From: Felis catus | Taxonomy: Eukaryota | Assembly: GCF_018350175.1 (NCBI RefSeq) | Contig: NC_058380.1 | Location: 11,222,001 to 11,286,000, forward strand | DNA length: 64,000 nucleotides | Direction of reading: 5' to 3' | Shown here: piece by piece, positions 35,843 to 47,253 of the stretch | How the letters are laid out: the number at the start of each line of letters is the position of its first letter | How positions within the stretch are numbered: the stretch's first letter is position 1 | Translations under genes and position numbers: made by a program | The notes under the pieces: model-generated | What the model was told of the DNA's origin: nothing | Databases searched by the model: none | Seen by the model: the letters and a program-made list of their open reading frames with translations, nothing else

Positions 35843-36317
35843 GGATGCCTGGGTGGCTCAGTTGGTTAAGCGTCCAACTCTTGATTTTGGCTCAGGTCAT
35901 AAACTCAGGTTATGATCTCCGTTCATAGGATCAAGTCCCGTGTCAGGCTTGCATTGACCCCAAGGAGCCTGCTTGGGATTATCTCTCTCTCTCTCTGCCC
36001 CACCCTCCTGAACTCATTTGCTCTCTCTCTTTCAAAATAAATAAACTTACGGGGCGCCTGGGTGGTGCAGTCGGTTAAGCGTCCGACTTCAGCCAGGTCA
36101 CGATCTCGCGGTCTGGGAGTTCGAGCCCCGTGTCAGGCTCTGGGCTGATGGCTCAGAGCCTGGAGCCTGTTTCCGATTCTGTGTCTCCCTCTCTCTCTGC
36201 CCCTCCCCCGTTCATGCTCTGTCTCTCTCTGTCCCAAAAATAAATAAACGTTGAAAAAAAAATTTAAAAAAAAAATAAAATAAATAAACTTACAAGAGAA
36301 AGAAGAGAAAGAAATGC
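35843..36317 (+). mobile_element. Older Can-SINE (body 35843-36050, residual tail to 36317)
   Basis: ggatgcctgggtggctcag head; TSD aaattcctg at 35835-35843 and 36318-36326. Confidence 0.9.
36051..36276 (+). mobile_element. Young Felis-type SINE (SINEC_Fc-like) inserted in the older SINE tail
   Basis: Diagnostic cagccaggtcacgatctcgcg, gggctgatggctc, cctgtttccgattc, gtcccaaaaataaataaacgttgaaa; 17-bp TSD aaaataaataaacttac at 36034-36050 and 36277-36293. Confidence 0.97.
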
Positions 36318-37809
36318 AAATTCCTGAATGTTACCCCAGAAAGGCTAAACCAGAAATCCTGGGGGTGGCAACCTTAATAGCCCTCCAGGGGATTCTGAAG
36401 TTCACCCAAGTTCAAGAATCACTCTCCTATGGAAGAACACTTAGTGGGGGATTGTTCCCAAGTACTTGCCCTTTTTCTCATAAAAGGAGAGAAGTTAGGA
36501 AAAGTTGGGAGGCAGAGCTTAGTGTTTTGAGGGTTGATGATGACATTTAAAAAAAGGTTGAATTATTCTCCAGCCCACTGTATTGATTCACATAAAGCGG
36601 ATTCTATACGCTGAGGTTAGTTCTAGGACTTCCTGTTCTAATAAAGATTCAAATAGAACTTTACAAATTATTGCCTGGAATGGGTTCATTTCTGTGTACT
36701 TAATCTCTCTGAAACTGTTCTAATTTTGCTGCTCATACTTCTACAAAAAAAAAAATCTTAAATACAAATATGTTTACCAAAGTGGTTTATTATAATTTTT
36801 AGAATATCCTCTTTCTAGAGAGCAGTTAAATAAGGCTGTCAAACTTTGAACTGACAGTGAAATCAACCACGGAAAAGTCACATTTCACATTTCTCTCTAA
36901 ATGATTGAGGGTTTCCAACCTGCAAAGTGGATATTTCCAGCTTCAAAGTGTGTGTATTTTCAGCCAGAGCTTGAGTTTTAGAATTGGTTAGTATGATTAC
37001 CAACAATTATTTATTTCTGTAGTCAGGGTCAGTTACCGGTCACCAGAAAACAGGCTGATGGTGACTATGTATATAGAGTAAGGGATAAATTTCCATAGAA
37101 GGAACCCTAGGAAACATATCTTTGGGCTATTAAAGTTTGTATAGATCTCTGTGAAGTAGTCCTTTTTAGGAAGGTTTCTTCTTTGTTAATGTGACATGAA
37201 CTGAAATGATAATAAACAGCTTAAATTTCAAAGTCCAGATGATCCATTTCAGTAAAGAAGCAGAGGGGGGGGGGGAGGGGATGGGGGGAAGAGGGAGGAG
37301 AAGGCAGAATTGGGGGCAGTTTCTCAGATGGGTTTAAAATGAAATCTGACCCTGTGTTTAGAATTTGTGTGTAGGGAGGGGGAAGGGAGTTTAATATTCA
37401 TTTCCTGGGACTTAGAAGCTATGGTATTTTGACGATGTTTATGTTTATTCTGAAAACTTCAGAGAGCTCTGTCTCAACATTTCAGGCACCAGAGACAACA
37501 AATGAACAAAGGACACCATGTATTTTGGGACTTTTACTCCTCCCTTACCCGCAAGGTAACCTTTTTGGAAACTGACGATTCTCAAAAATCTTGTAATTTT
37601 GATACTATGTCTCCTCCCAAGAGTCCTAGCCATCAGTCATGGTTGAATTCTTGCAACCTCCCCTCCTACTACTGCCTGAAGCTCTCTCCCCTTTGACATT
37701 TGGCAAAGACTTTCTCCCTAACTTCAGGCCTCAAATCCAACATATGAAGTCCTGCAGCTCATCGTATCACATTTCTAAGTGATCCATGAAAATTTATCAA
37801 TATAGCTTT

Positions 37810-37990
37810 TATGGCAACGTAATCACAAGGGCTTTGAACTTGGGATCTAGAAATCTGAATTTGAGTTTGGGTTTGGCTACTCATTAGTTTGTAACCTTTG
37901 GGTCGGTGCTAAAGCTCATTATCCACACCTGTAAAATGCGGAGGTTGGAGTAGGTGACCTAGAAAATATCCTTGACTACTTCTATGATCT
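37810..37990 (+). mobile_element. MIR (MIR3/MIRc-like)
   Basis: gtttgtaacctttggg...cacacctgtaaaatgcggaggttggagtaggtgacct. Confidence 0.6.
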
Positions 37991-37994
37991 CTTT

Positions 37995-40900
37995 CTTCTC
38001 CTGGTTTATTGAGATTGTAATTGACATCTAACTGTGTAAATCTAAGGTGGACGTATAATGACTTCCCTGTGTTGTGAAGTGATTGCTACAATAAGTTTTG
38101 TTAACCTCTATCATCTCGTATAGATAAAAAAGAAATTTTTTTTCCTCGTGGAAGTACTTTGAGGAGCTACTCTTTCAACAATTTCCAAATAAACGATACA
38201 GCAGAGTCAGCTGTAAGTGGTCATGTTGTACATTACATCCCCAGGACTTAGTTATCTTCCAACTGGAAGTTGGTACCTTTTGACCGCCTTCTTCCAATTC
38301 CCTTTCTCGTCCCCTCTGCCTCCTGCAACCACAAGTTTAATCTCCCCTCCTGTGAGTTTGTTTTCTTCCTTTTTTCTTTTTCTTAAGATTCTACATGTAA
38401 ATGCGATCAGACAGTATTGGTCTTTCCCTGACACCTTTCACTTACCATAATGCCCTCAAGGGCATTCATTCATGTTGTCATAAATGGCGGGACTTCTTTT
38501 TTATGGCTGAATAATATTCCATTGTGTATGTCTGCCATACCTTCTTTATCCATTCAGGTTATTTTTTTGACTTGGTGAGGGAAGATAATGCTTCTTTGAA
38601 CATAAGGGTGCATAAATCTCTTTGATACAGTGTTTTCATTTCCTTTGGATATATTCCCAGAAATGGGATTGTTGGACGACCTAACAGTTTTATTTTAAAT
38701 GTTTTTGAAGAACCTCCATACTCTTTTCCAAGTGGTTCTCTGAGTTTACATTCCTGCCAACAGTGCACAAGGGTTTGCTTATCTCTACATCCTCACCAGC
38801 ATTTGTTACGTTTTGTCTTTTTGATGGGGGCCATTCTAACAGGCATAAGGTGGTATCTCCTTGTGGTTTTGATTTGCACTTCCCTAATTAGAGCAACTTT
38901 TCATGTGTCTGTTGGCCATTCATATATCTTCTTTGGAGAAATGTCTATTTAGGTCCCTTTGCCCATTTTTAAAACTGGATTATTTACTTCTTTTGTTATT
39001 GAGTTATGTGAGTTCTTTATATTTTGTGTATTAACCTTTATGACATAGAGGGTTAGCAAATGTTTTTTCCCATTCCATAGGTTGGTTTCCACTTTGTTGA
39101 TCATTCCTTTTGCTCTGCAGAAGCTTTTTAATTTGATCTGGTCCCATTTATTTTTTATTCTGTTGCTCTATTTTAGATGTCATATCCAAAAAATCATGCC
39201 CAAGACCGTATCAGGGACCTTTCTTCCTTTGTTTTCTTCTGGGAATTTCATGGTTTCTGGTCTTGCATTTAAACCTTTAATCCATTTCAAGTTAATTTTT
39301 ACAAGTGGTGTTAAGATATGGGGCTAGTTTCATTCTTTTTCATGTGAATATCCCATTTTCCCCAGCACCATTTATTGAAGAGACTGTGTTTCCCTGTCGA
39401 GTATTCTTGGCTCCCTTTCAAGTCTTAGTTGAATGTCTATGTGCGGGTTACTTCTGGGCTCTTGATCCTGTCCTGTTGGTCTGTGTGTCTATTTTTATTC
39501 CTGTACCCTTCTGTTTGGATTATGATAGCTGTGTAATATAGCTTGAAGTCACCAAGTGTGATGCCTCCAGCTTTCTTCTTCTTTTTCATGATTGCTTTAG
39601 CCATTTGGGGTTTTTTGTAATTCCATATAAATTATAGGATTTTTTTTTTTTTACTTCTGTAATAAATGAAACTGGAACTTTGATAAGGATTGCACTGAAG
39701 CTATAGATTGCTTTGGGTAATATGGATATTTTAACAATATGAATTCTTCAAACACATCAACATGGGATACCTTTCCATTTCTTTTTTAAAAATTTTTTTA
39801 TCGTTTATTTTTGAGAGACTGAGAGAGACACAGTGTGAGCATGGGAGGGGCAGAGAGAGAGAGGGAGACACAGAATCCAAAGCAGGCTCCAGGCTCCGAG
39901 CTGTCAGCACGGAGCCCGACGCAGGGCTTGAACCCACATACCGTGAGATCATGATCTCAGCTGAAGTTGGGTGCTTAACCAACTGAGCCACCCAGGCGCC
40001 CCCCTTTCTGTTTCTTTGTCTTAGATTTCTTTGATTGACGTCTTATAGTTTTTAGTGTAGAGATCTTTTACCTCCTTAGTTAAATTTATGCCTAAGTATT
40101 GTTGTTTTTAATGGCATCATTAATGCCATTAAATAGGATCATTTTCTTCATTTGTCAGATAGTTCACTGTGCATGTGTAGAAGTGGTACTGATTTTTGTA
40201 TGTTAATTTTGTATTCTGCAACATTGCTGAATTTGTTAATTAGATCTAATAGGCTTTTTGTAGAGTCTTTAAGTTTTTCTACATATATAATGATGTCATC
40301 TGCTAATAAAGACAATTTTACTTCTTTTTAAATCCTGATGGCTTTTATTTCTTGCCTCGTTGTTTCTAGAACTTCTAGTACTATATTGAATAGGAGTGGT
40401 GTCAGGGAGCACCTCTGTCTTGTTTTTGATATTAGGGGAAAAGCTTTCAACCTTTGACCACTGAGAATGATGTTAGCTGTGGGCTTATCATAGATGGCCT
40501 TTATTACATTGAGTTACATTTCTTCTATACCCAATCTGTTAAGAATTTTGATCATGAACAGTTGCTGAATTTTGCCAAATACATTCTCTGCATCTGTGGA
40601 GACTATCCTATAATTATTTTCCTTCACGTTATTAATGGGATGTAGCAGATATATTTGGATGTGTTCAACCAACCTCATGTCCCAGGGATAAATCCCACTA
40701 GATCAGGGTAAACGATCCTCGTATTGTGCTGCCGTATTTGGTTTGCTAGTATTTTATTTAGAATTTTTAATCTACACCATTGGGGATATTGACCTATAGT
40801 TGTCTTGTAGTGTCCTTTCCTGTCTTTGGTAACAGGATAATGCTGGCCTTATAAAACGAGTTTGAGAGTGTTTCCTTCTCTTCTTTGCAAAGAATCTGAT

Positions 40901-41081
40901 AAGCATTTGATATTAATTCTTCTTTAAATGTTTTGCAAAATCCACCTGTGAAACCATCTTCCCCAGACCTCTTCTCTGGTGGGAGATTTTTGGCAACAGA
41001 TTCAACCTCTGTACTAGTAATTGCTCTATTTAAATTTCCTACGCCTTCCTGATTCAGTCTTGGTAAGGTGTATGTTTCCAC
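37995..41081 (-). mobile_element. ~3 kb 5'-truncated, degenerate L1 (3' UTR plus ORF2 remnant), interrupted by a SINE
   Basis: ORF 40794-41081 translates to ETYTLPRLNQEGVGNLNRAITSTEVESVAKNLP...DGFTGGFCKTFKEEL...NSFYKASIILLPK, an L1 ORF2 segment upstream of the RT domain; multiple stops/frameshifts elsewhere; L1 3' UTR at 38005-38500. Confidence 0.93.
39782..40002 (-). mobile_element. Can-SINE inside L1
   Basis: Full-length, head cccaggcgcccc at 40002. Confidence 0.96.
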
Positions 41082-41364
41082 GATAGCCTTGTCACATTAT
41101 GTCCCAGGAGCAGCAAATGTCAGTTTAAAAAATGACAAAAAGGACTTGAAAGGGAAATCAACATTTTAAAACCCAGTGTACCAGAAAGTGTGCTGAGTCT
41201 ATTCCTGTGGATCATCTAATGTAATCTTTACAACAAGTGTGCGACATGTTTTGGTTGTATTTCCATTTTATAGATGGAAAAGTGAATTCCAGAGGGGGTA
41301 AATCATTTCTTACTATTTCATGGGTTTAAAGGGACAAATCTATCATTTAAAGTACTTGGGTTTT

Positions 41365-41578
41365 GGGGCTCCTGGGTGGCTCAGTCAGTTGAGCGCCTGA
41401 CTTCAGCTCAGGTCATGATCTCACAGTCTGTGAGTTCGAGCCCCGCGTCGGGCTCTGTGCTGACAGCTCAGGGTCTGGAGCCTGCTTCAGATTATTCTGT
41501 GTCTCCCTCTCTCTCTGCCCCTCCCCTGCTCACACTCTGTCTCTGTCTCTCTTAAAAATAAACAAACATTAAAAAAAA
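41365..41578 (+). mobile_element. Can-SINE with 18-bp TSD
   Basis: ttaaagtacttgggtttt at 41347-41364 and 41579-41596. Confidence 0.97.
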
Positions 41579-41835
41579 TTAAAGTACTTGGGTTTTAGAT
41601 CAAAGAGGTTTGAGTCTATATATTTGTAATTAACAGAAGACAACTTTGAGTGGTTATCATATGTGAGTTTGTGAATATATATTTCTATACATATATTACT
41701 TAGAGATAGTTGAGAAAGTAAGGCCAGGTTCTACAACCATTTTAGACAGAAAATTGACACGGAAGAGATACGTAACTTGCTTAAAGGATAAATGGTCTCG
41801 TAGTGGAATCGAAAGGGAAGAGATTTTTCTTCAGC

Positions 41836-42055
41836 TTTAAAAAAAATTTGTTTTAATGTTTAATTTTGAGAGAGAGAGACAGCAGGAGTGGAGGGGGTAG
41901 GGGGCAGAGAGTGAGGGAGACACAGAATCCAAAAGCAGACTCCAGGCTCTGAGTTGTCAGCCCATAGCCCGATGCGGGGCTCAAACCCTTGAACTGAGGG
42001 ATCATGACCTGAGCCCAAGTCGGCCGCTTAACCACCTGAGCCCCCCAGGCATCCC
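41836..42055 (-). mobile_element. Can-SINE
   Basis: Full-length, moderately diverged. Confidence 0.94.
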
Positions 42056-42377
42056 AGGGAAGAAGTTTTTCATAAGGCTCTTCTGGAGTTTGAGAAGAAG
42101 CCAAAGGTTCCACAGCGGGAAAGGTAGAAGTTACCCATAAGCAGTCTTTTAGACAGAACGAGAAAAATGTACACTCTGTATTAAGCCTTTCAAAACCTGC
42201 AGTCATTTAAGAAGTTGGAAATGAGCCTCGAGGACTGTGCAGATGACCTCACCTTCCTGAGAGTCCTAACAGCCATGTGTAAGTTCCATGGTTCAGGACG
42301 TTGACTGCATAAGCATCAAAAAGCAAGGCTGACTTGTTCCTTTATGAAAACATACCATTCATTTAAAGAAAGTTAAA

Positions 42378-42588
42378 GGGGCGCCTGGGTGGCGCAGTCG
42401 GTTAGGCATCCGACTTCAGCCAGGTCACGATCTCGCGGTCCGTGAGTTCGAGCCCCGCGTCGGGCTCAGGGCTGATGGCTCAGAGCCTGGAGCCTGTTTC
42501 CGATTCTGTGTCTCCCTCTCTCTCTGCCCCTCCCCCGTTCATGCTCTGTCTCTCTCTGTCCCAAAAATAAATAAACGTTGAAAAAAAA
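42378..42588 (+). mobile_element. Young Felis-type SINE (SINEC_Fc-like)
   Basis: Same diagnostic positions as the 36051 copy; TSD atttaaagaaagttaaa at 42361-42377 and 42589-42605. Confidence 0.97.
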
Positions 42589-43824
42589 ATTTAAAGAAAG
42601 TTAAAATCTTCTGCAAATCATGCCTGACAACAGGCGTCACCAAAAAAAAAAAAAAAAAAAAAAAAAAGACAGTGTCGGAGTAAATGCTTCCAATTGAAGT
42701 ATCCTGGCCACTGAAACTTACCTGCCCACTGCCCCAGACCCCCGATCTTTGCCAAGAGATGGGGGGTTCATTTTGATTAATCAAGTCAACAACCCCACAC
42801 TATTGAGTTCACCAGTCAGTGTTCTATGTCTGTAAGTGAGAACCGTCCTGGGAAAAATGCCCAAACCTAATGACTCCTGGGAATTTAATATGCGATTGTT
42901 GAATTATCACTGTTTTCCAAAATTTCAATAATGGCTGCTAATGCTAACAGCTTTAGGGCTCTGTAACAAACCAGCAGGGGAGATATTTGAGGGCATTTTG
43001 GACTTTCTTTTACCACTGTTCTCCCGAGGGGCAAGTCTACGTTAATTCTACCTCCAGCAGCGAAATGCTGTCTAAAACCAATGTTAACTTTAGGTTCACG
43101 GGGTTCTTGTTTGAGGCTTAAGAGGCAAGGTGAAACCCTTGAAAAATTGTGCTTTGAAATGTTTCTTTTCTAATTGTGCTTTTATGCACACAGTTGGACA
43201 AAACGTCTAGTTCTCTTAGGGAAAGAAGCATCCACATAAACCAAGATAGTAAAGCTGTTTTTTTTTTTTTCATTTTTGCTTTTATTTCCTTCTTTCGTCC
43301 ATCTGTGGAATGAGTCAGCACACCATTTGCTGGATGCTGGATGGCACAGAAACATAGTATCTGTCCACAGGAAGTGCATATTTGGCTGGGTAATACAGAT
43401 GGAGAAATAAATAATTACTAAAGTATGTGATAAATTTATCTGGCGGGGGAGTGGGGGGATGGTTTTGAGACAATGAGGCATTGACCCAAGGGAGGGAGAC
43501 CAGAGAGGTGAGGAAATAATCATGGCAGTGGGGTTGCGCGGGCCAGTCAAGTAAAGACCAGGAAGAGGAGGAAAGAGCAGAGACTATTCTCCTGGGGACT
43601 GAGATCCTATCTAGAGCCCTTAGGTGTTCTCTTCACGTGGACCAGAGAGAATCTAGAGAACACCTGCCAAACGTGGTCAGGGTGGTGTCCACGCTTGAGA
43701 GAGGGGGAGAGGGAGAGAAGGGAAGCTTATGGTGGAGGGCCAAACCACTAGCTGGGTAATAAACAGGTTAGGGAGGGGAACTGGGCGTCCGGAAATGCGA
43801 AGAGGAAATTTAAATGTCTTCTAC

Positions 43825-44051
43825 TTTAAAAAAAATTGTTTTTAACTTTATTTTTGAAAGAGAGAGAGAGAGAACGCACACACACAAGCAGGGGAGGGGC
43901 AGAGAGAGAGAAAGAGACCCAGAATCTGAAGCAGGCTCCAGATTCTGAGCTGTCAGCTCAGAGCCCGACAAGGGGCTCAAACCCACAAACCGTGAGATCC
44001 CGACCTGAGCCAAAGTCGAAGGCTTCACCGACTGAGCCACACAAGCGCCCC
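43825..44051 (-). mobile_element. Can-SINE
   Basis: Full-length; imperfect TSD aaatgtcttctac / aagcgtcttctac. Confidence 0.95.
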
Positions 44052-44163
44052 AAAGCGTCTTCTACCTTTTTATCTTGATTGTTAATGATGAGCCGTGATA
44101 AGAATGGATTTTTATCTTTTACGCACAGCAGTCGGCGGATAGAGCGTTCATTTATGGATCCTT

Positions 44164-44194
44164 TGTTGTTGCTGTTGTTGTTGTTGTTGTTGTT
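44164..44194. repeat. (GTT)n trinucleotide repeat
   Basis: About 10 units with one GCT interruption. Confidence 0.9.
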
Positions 44195-44668
44195 AAGCCA
44201 AAGTCAATGAAGTGATTATTTGGCTACATTTGAAAGTTTGGATGATTGAAATTTGCCATTTGCTTCCAGATGTGTAGTGTCTATACTCCCTCTCCCAAGG
44301 GGGCCACTCTGAGTCACCCCCACCGTGTAAGACACCGGGGACAGAAATGCACTCATGCACTCTGCATATGCAAATATGGGGGATAGTGAAATATATCTGC
44401 AAGGCCTACCCTTGCCTATCATCAGACCCCTAGAAGAGAGATGAAAGCAGGTTTTAAGCACTAACTTTGGCCTCTCGACTAGTGGGCCTTAGAGAAGTCT
44501 TCTAAGGCTGTATCCAGACTTAGCCTTGATTGATAAGCAGTGCGCGTTCATTGGGGACCCTGTTACCCCTTCTAGCTTTGCCACAAGATGGTTATGTGAT
44601 CTTCAACAAGTCCTTTCGTTTTCCAGGACCTCAATGTCTTCACAACTAAAAAATAAAATAAAAATGGA

Positions 44669-44879
44669 GGGGCGCCCGGGTGGCTCAGTCGATTGGGCGT
44701 CCGACTTCGGCTCCGGTCATGATCTCGCAGTTCATGAGTTCGAGCCCCGTGTCGGGCTCTGAGCTGACAGCTCAGAGCCTGGAGCCTGCTTCCGATTCTG
44801 CGTCTCCCTCTCTCTCTGTCCCTCCCCCAACTCGCACTCTCTCTCAAAAATAAACATCAAAAAAATGTTTTAAAAAAAA
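44669..44879 (+). mobile_element. Can-SINE inserted in a MIR fragment
   Basis: Full-length; flanks aaaatggag / aaagtggag; MIR-like gtgatcttcaacaagtc...ctcaatgtcttca upstream. Confidence 0.95.
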
Positions 44880-45644
44880 GTGGAGGCCGGGTTATTTCTT
44901 TCAGCCTGCCTTAAAAATGTTTACAATGCAGAGAGTACTTTTTCTAGGACGAATTCATTTCTAAGTAACATCTTGTACGGTCCAGTAGAAAAGGACCCTG
45001 GCTATTCCATTTTAAGAAGAAGCAAGTCACGTTAAGCCTTAGTCTGATAGTACATTCTATTTTGATAAAGTGGCATTAATAATTTGACAGTCAGAGGCAG
45101 TTCATTGTGACCATGTTTGGGCACAAATACGTGGGATGTTTATGGCCTGAGTGGAGGTTGTGGATGGGCTAGGGCCTTCCCCGCAGCCACTTGGCCAAGC
45201 TTCTCATCTGCCTACTCTTTCCTTATATGTCCTTCCCTCTGGCTCTGTTCCTTTGTTTGCTGTACTTAACCACCTTCGTTTTCACCTCGTCCCCTGGAGT
45301 CACGAGGGGGCTGGAGTCCTGCCTTGCTGGAGGTCAAGGTCTAATTCTTATCGTTTGGGTTTGGTGGTAGATAGAACTGTTGGAAGGTGGGTGGTTAGAT
45401 GAGGCAAAAGGTTACAGAGAAAGAAAGGTCTAGATAGAGTTCTCAAGGCAGTGGCTAACATTGGCTCCAGCCTGGTCCCGGGGAATGAGGAAGGTTCGGA
45501 GGAGTCTGAAGGAACTGCGATGCCTATGGATATGTCTTCTCCAAATTGGGCCTCCCGCAAAGCGTATTTGGGGGGCACATCCTATAGGCTTGTTCCTCAG
45601 GGCTTCTTCGGGTTTGGGAGAGCAGCAGGGAGGCGGCCTGAAGG

Positions 45645-45830
45645 TGGTCGTCCTCAACCCTGCTGCACAATAGACTCTTTAGGGAAGCTTTTGAGGAATA
45701 TTGATGCCCAGTCCCTACCCCCCAGAGATTCTGGATTCATCAGTCAGGGGGTAGGAAATCGAGAATTCATTGATGGGTATATTTTTGAAACTCCCCCAGG
45801 TGATTCAAATGCACAAGATTGAGAATCACC
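45645..45830 (+). mobile_element. MER5B
   Basis: tcctcaaccctgctgcaca...gggaagctttt...cccagagattctg...aaactcccccaggtgattcaaatgcac...ttgagaatcac. Confidence 0.8.
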
Positions 45831-47056
45831 CCTCTAGGACCTTAACACCACATTACCTAATTTAAAAGCTGTCCGGGAAAAGCTGGTCTACGTCCCGGGG
45901 TAGACACCAGTGGCCCGGGGTTAGAACTGGGACTGCTGATGTGTTTTGTTTGGCCAGCCCAGGGTTAAAACAAAAAGCACGTGAGCAAATGAAATTCCTG
46001 AATTCGGATGCCTTTTCAGGCGGCCTGACATTCAGCGGGCTTCTTAGAATTTTTGTTATTTGTATGACTTTTGCAGGCATTTGCTTCTGCAGCTGCTCGG
46101 CTGCTGAGACCAATATACACACAGCCAGTTGTTTCCCTCTGATAGTGAAGAGTGATTCTGGCCCTGGGGGTGCTGGTGGCAGGGTGGGGGAGTGGAGGGG
46201 TGAAGGAGAGGAAGAGGAGGAGGGTGATAAGAGGATAATCAGAAACCTGCAATCTACCCCAAATGATGACTCCCCCTTCCCTCCAGTTCCTACCATAGAG
46301 CCACACCCCAACTCCATGACAGGCTACCCCCAAGGAGGAGGAGTTCTCATGGGATGGATCAATTTTCAGGACATTAATTGAACCAGATCCGACACCGAGT
46401 CGGATCTGAGCAAGGCCTTCCAAAAGGTCATTGCTACCGGCTTCCTTGAGCGGCTTTGGTTAGCAATGAGAACTATTCCCCAAGGTCAAGGTCAGGTGCA
46501 GGGACCTCGCTTTGTTGCAGAAAATCAGAAAGCATGGGTGGACTCAAAATGCTTGAGGATTTCCTAACCGCTGCGGCGTTTGTGACTATGTCAAAAATCT
46601 CTCTCTGGAAAACTGCTGACACCTTTTGTCACAACCTTTCAACACAGGGCACTAATCCATTTCTAGCCCCAGTTTTCTGCCGCAGATGCTTACTTTGATT
46701 TTCCCCGGAACAGAGAGGTTCTATGATGCAGCCCGCTGCCCCCCCCCCGCCCCCCCCCCCCCCCCCCCAAGGAGCCGTCTTCCAGATGCAGAGCAGTGAT
46801 GCCTTGCGTGGCAATGAGTGGTTGATGGGCCTGGCTCATTTGCGGTTCTATTCTTCTTCGCACTTGTGGGCGGGGCCAGGAAATCTCAAAATTCCCTTGG
46901 CCTTAGCACATTACTACTAGTGGTTAAAGCTCAGGAGGAAGAACAGTGGTGGATTGGTTGTACATTTTCAAACTGTGAAAACCAGCCCACGTGCACGATC
47001 AGCGTTGCTATTTCTGCTTCCTTTAAAATGCTGTTACAAGGATCCGATCAGTTGTC

Positions 47057-47253
47057 TTTTTTTTTAAGTTTACTTCTTTATTTTGAGGGAGAAAGAGCAT
47101 GCGCATGAGCGGGGAGGCGCAAAGAGAGAACCCCAAGCAGGCTCTGTGCTGTCGGTCCAGAGCCCGACGAGGGGCTCGATCTGGTGACCCTGGCATCACG
47201 AGCTGAGCCGAAATCAAGAGGACGCTCAACCGACTGAGCCACCCAGTCACCCC
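47057..47253 (-). mobile_element. Older Can-SINE
   Basis: gagagaaccccaagcaggctc...gagccgaaatcaagaggacgctcaaccgactgagccaccc. Confidence 0.92.

Larger units (their letters stand above)
35780..36425 (+). mobile_element. MER5A-like element split by nested SINEs
   Basis: Left part agagtgtggtctctggg...aatcacctgag...aaattcctg; right part aaattcctg...accccaga...ccctccaggggattctga...aagttcaagaatcact. Confidence 0.6.

Noticed and set aside
39082-41081. ORFs 39082-39327, 39305-39541, 40454-40645 and 40794-41081 as genes
   Set aside because: All lie within a degenerate L1; 40794-41081 is an ORF2 remnant and the others are antisense shadows.
42642-42667. Orphan A26 tract as a 3' transduction or tail-only retro-insertion
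   Set aside because: No TSD or upstream poly(A) signal found; a simple homopolymer expansion is equally likely.
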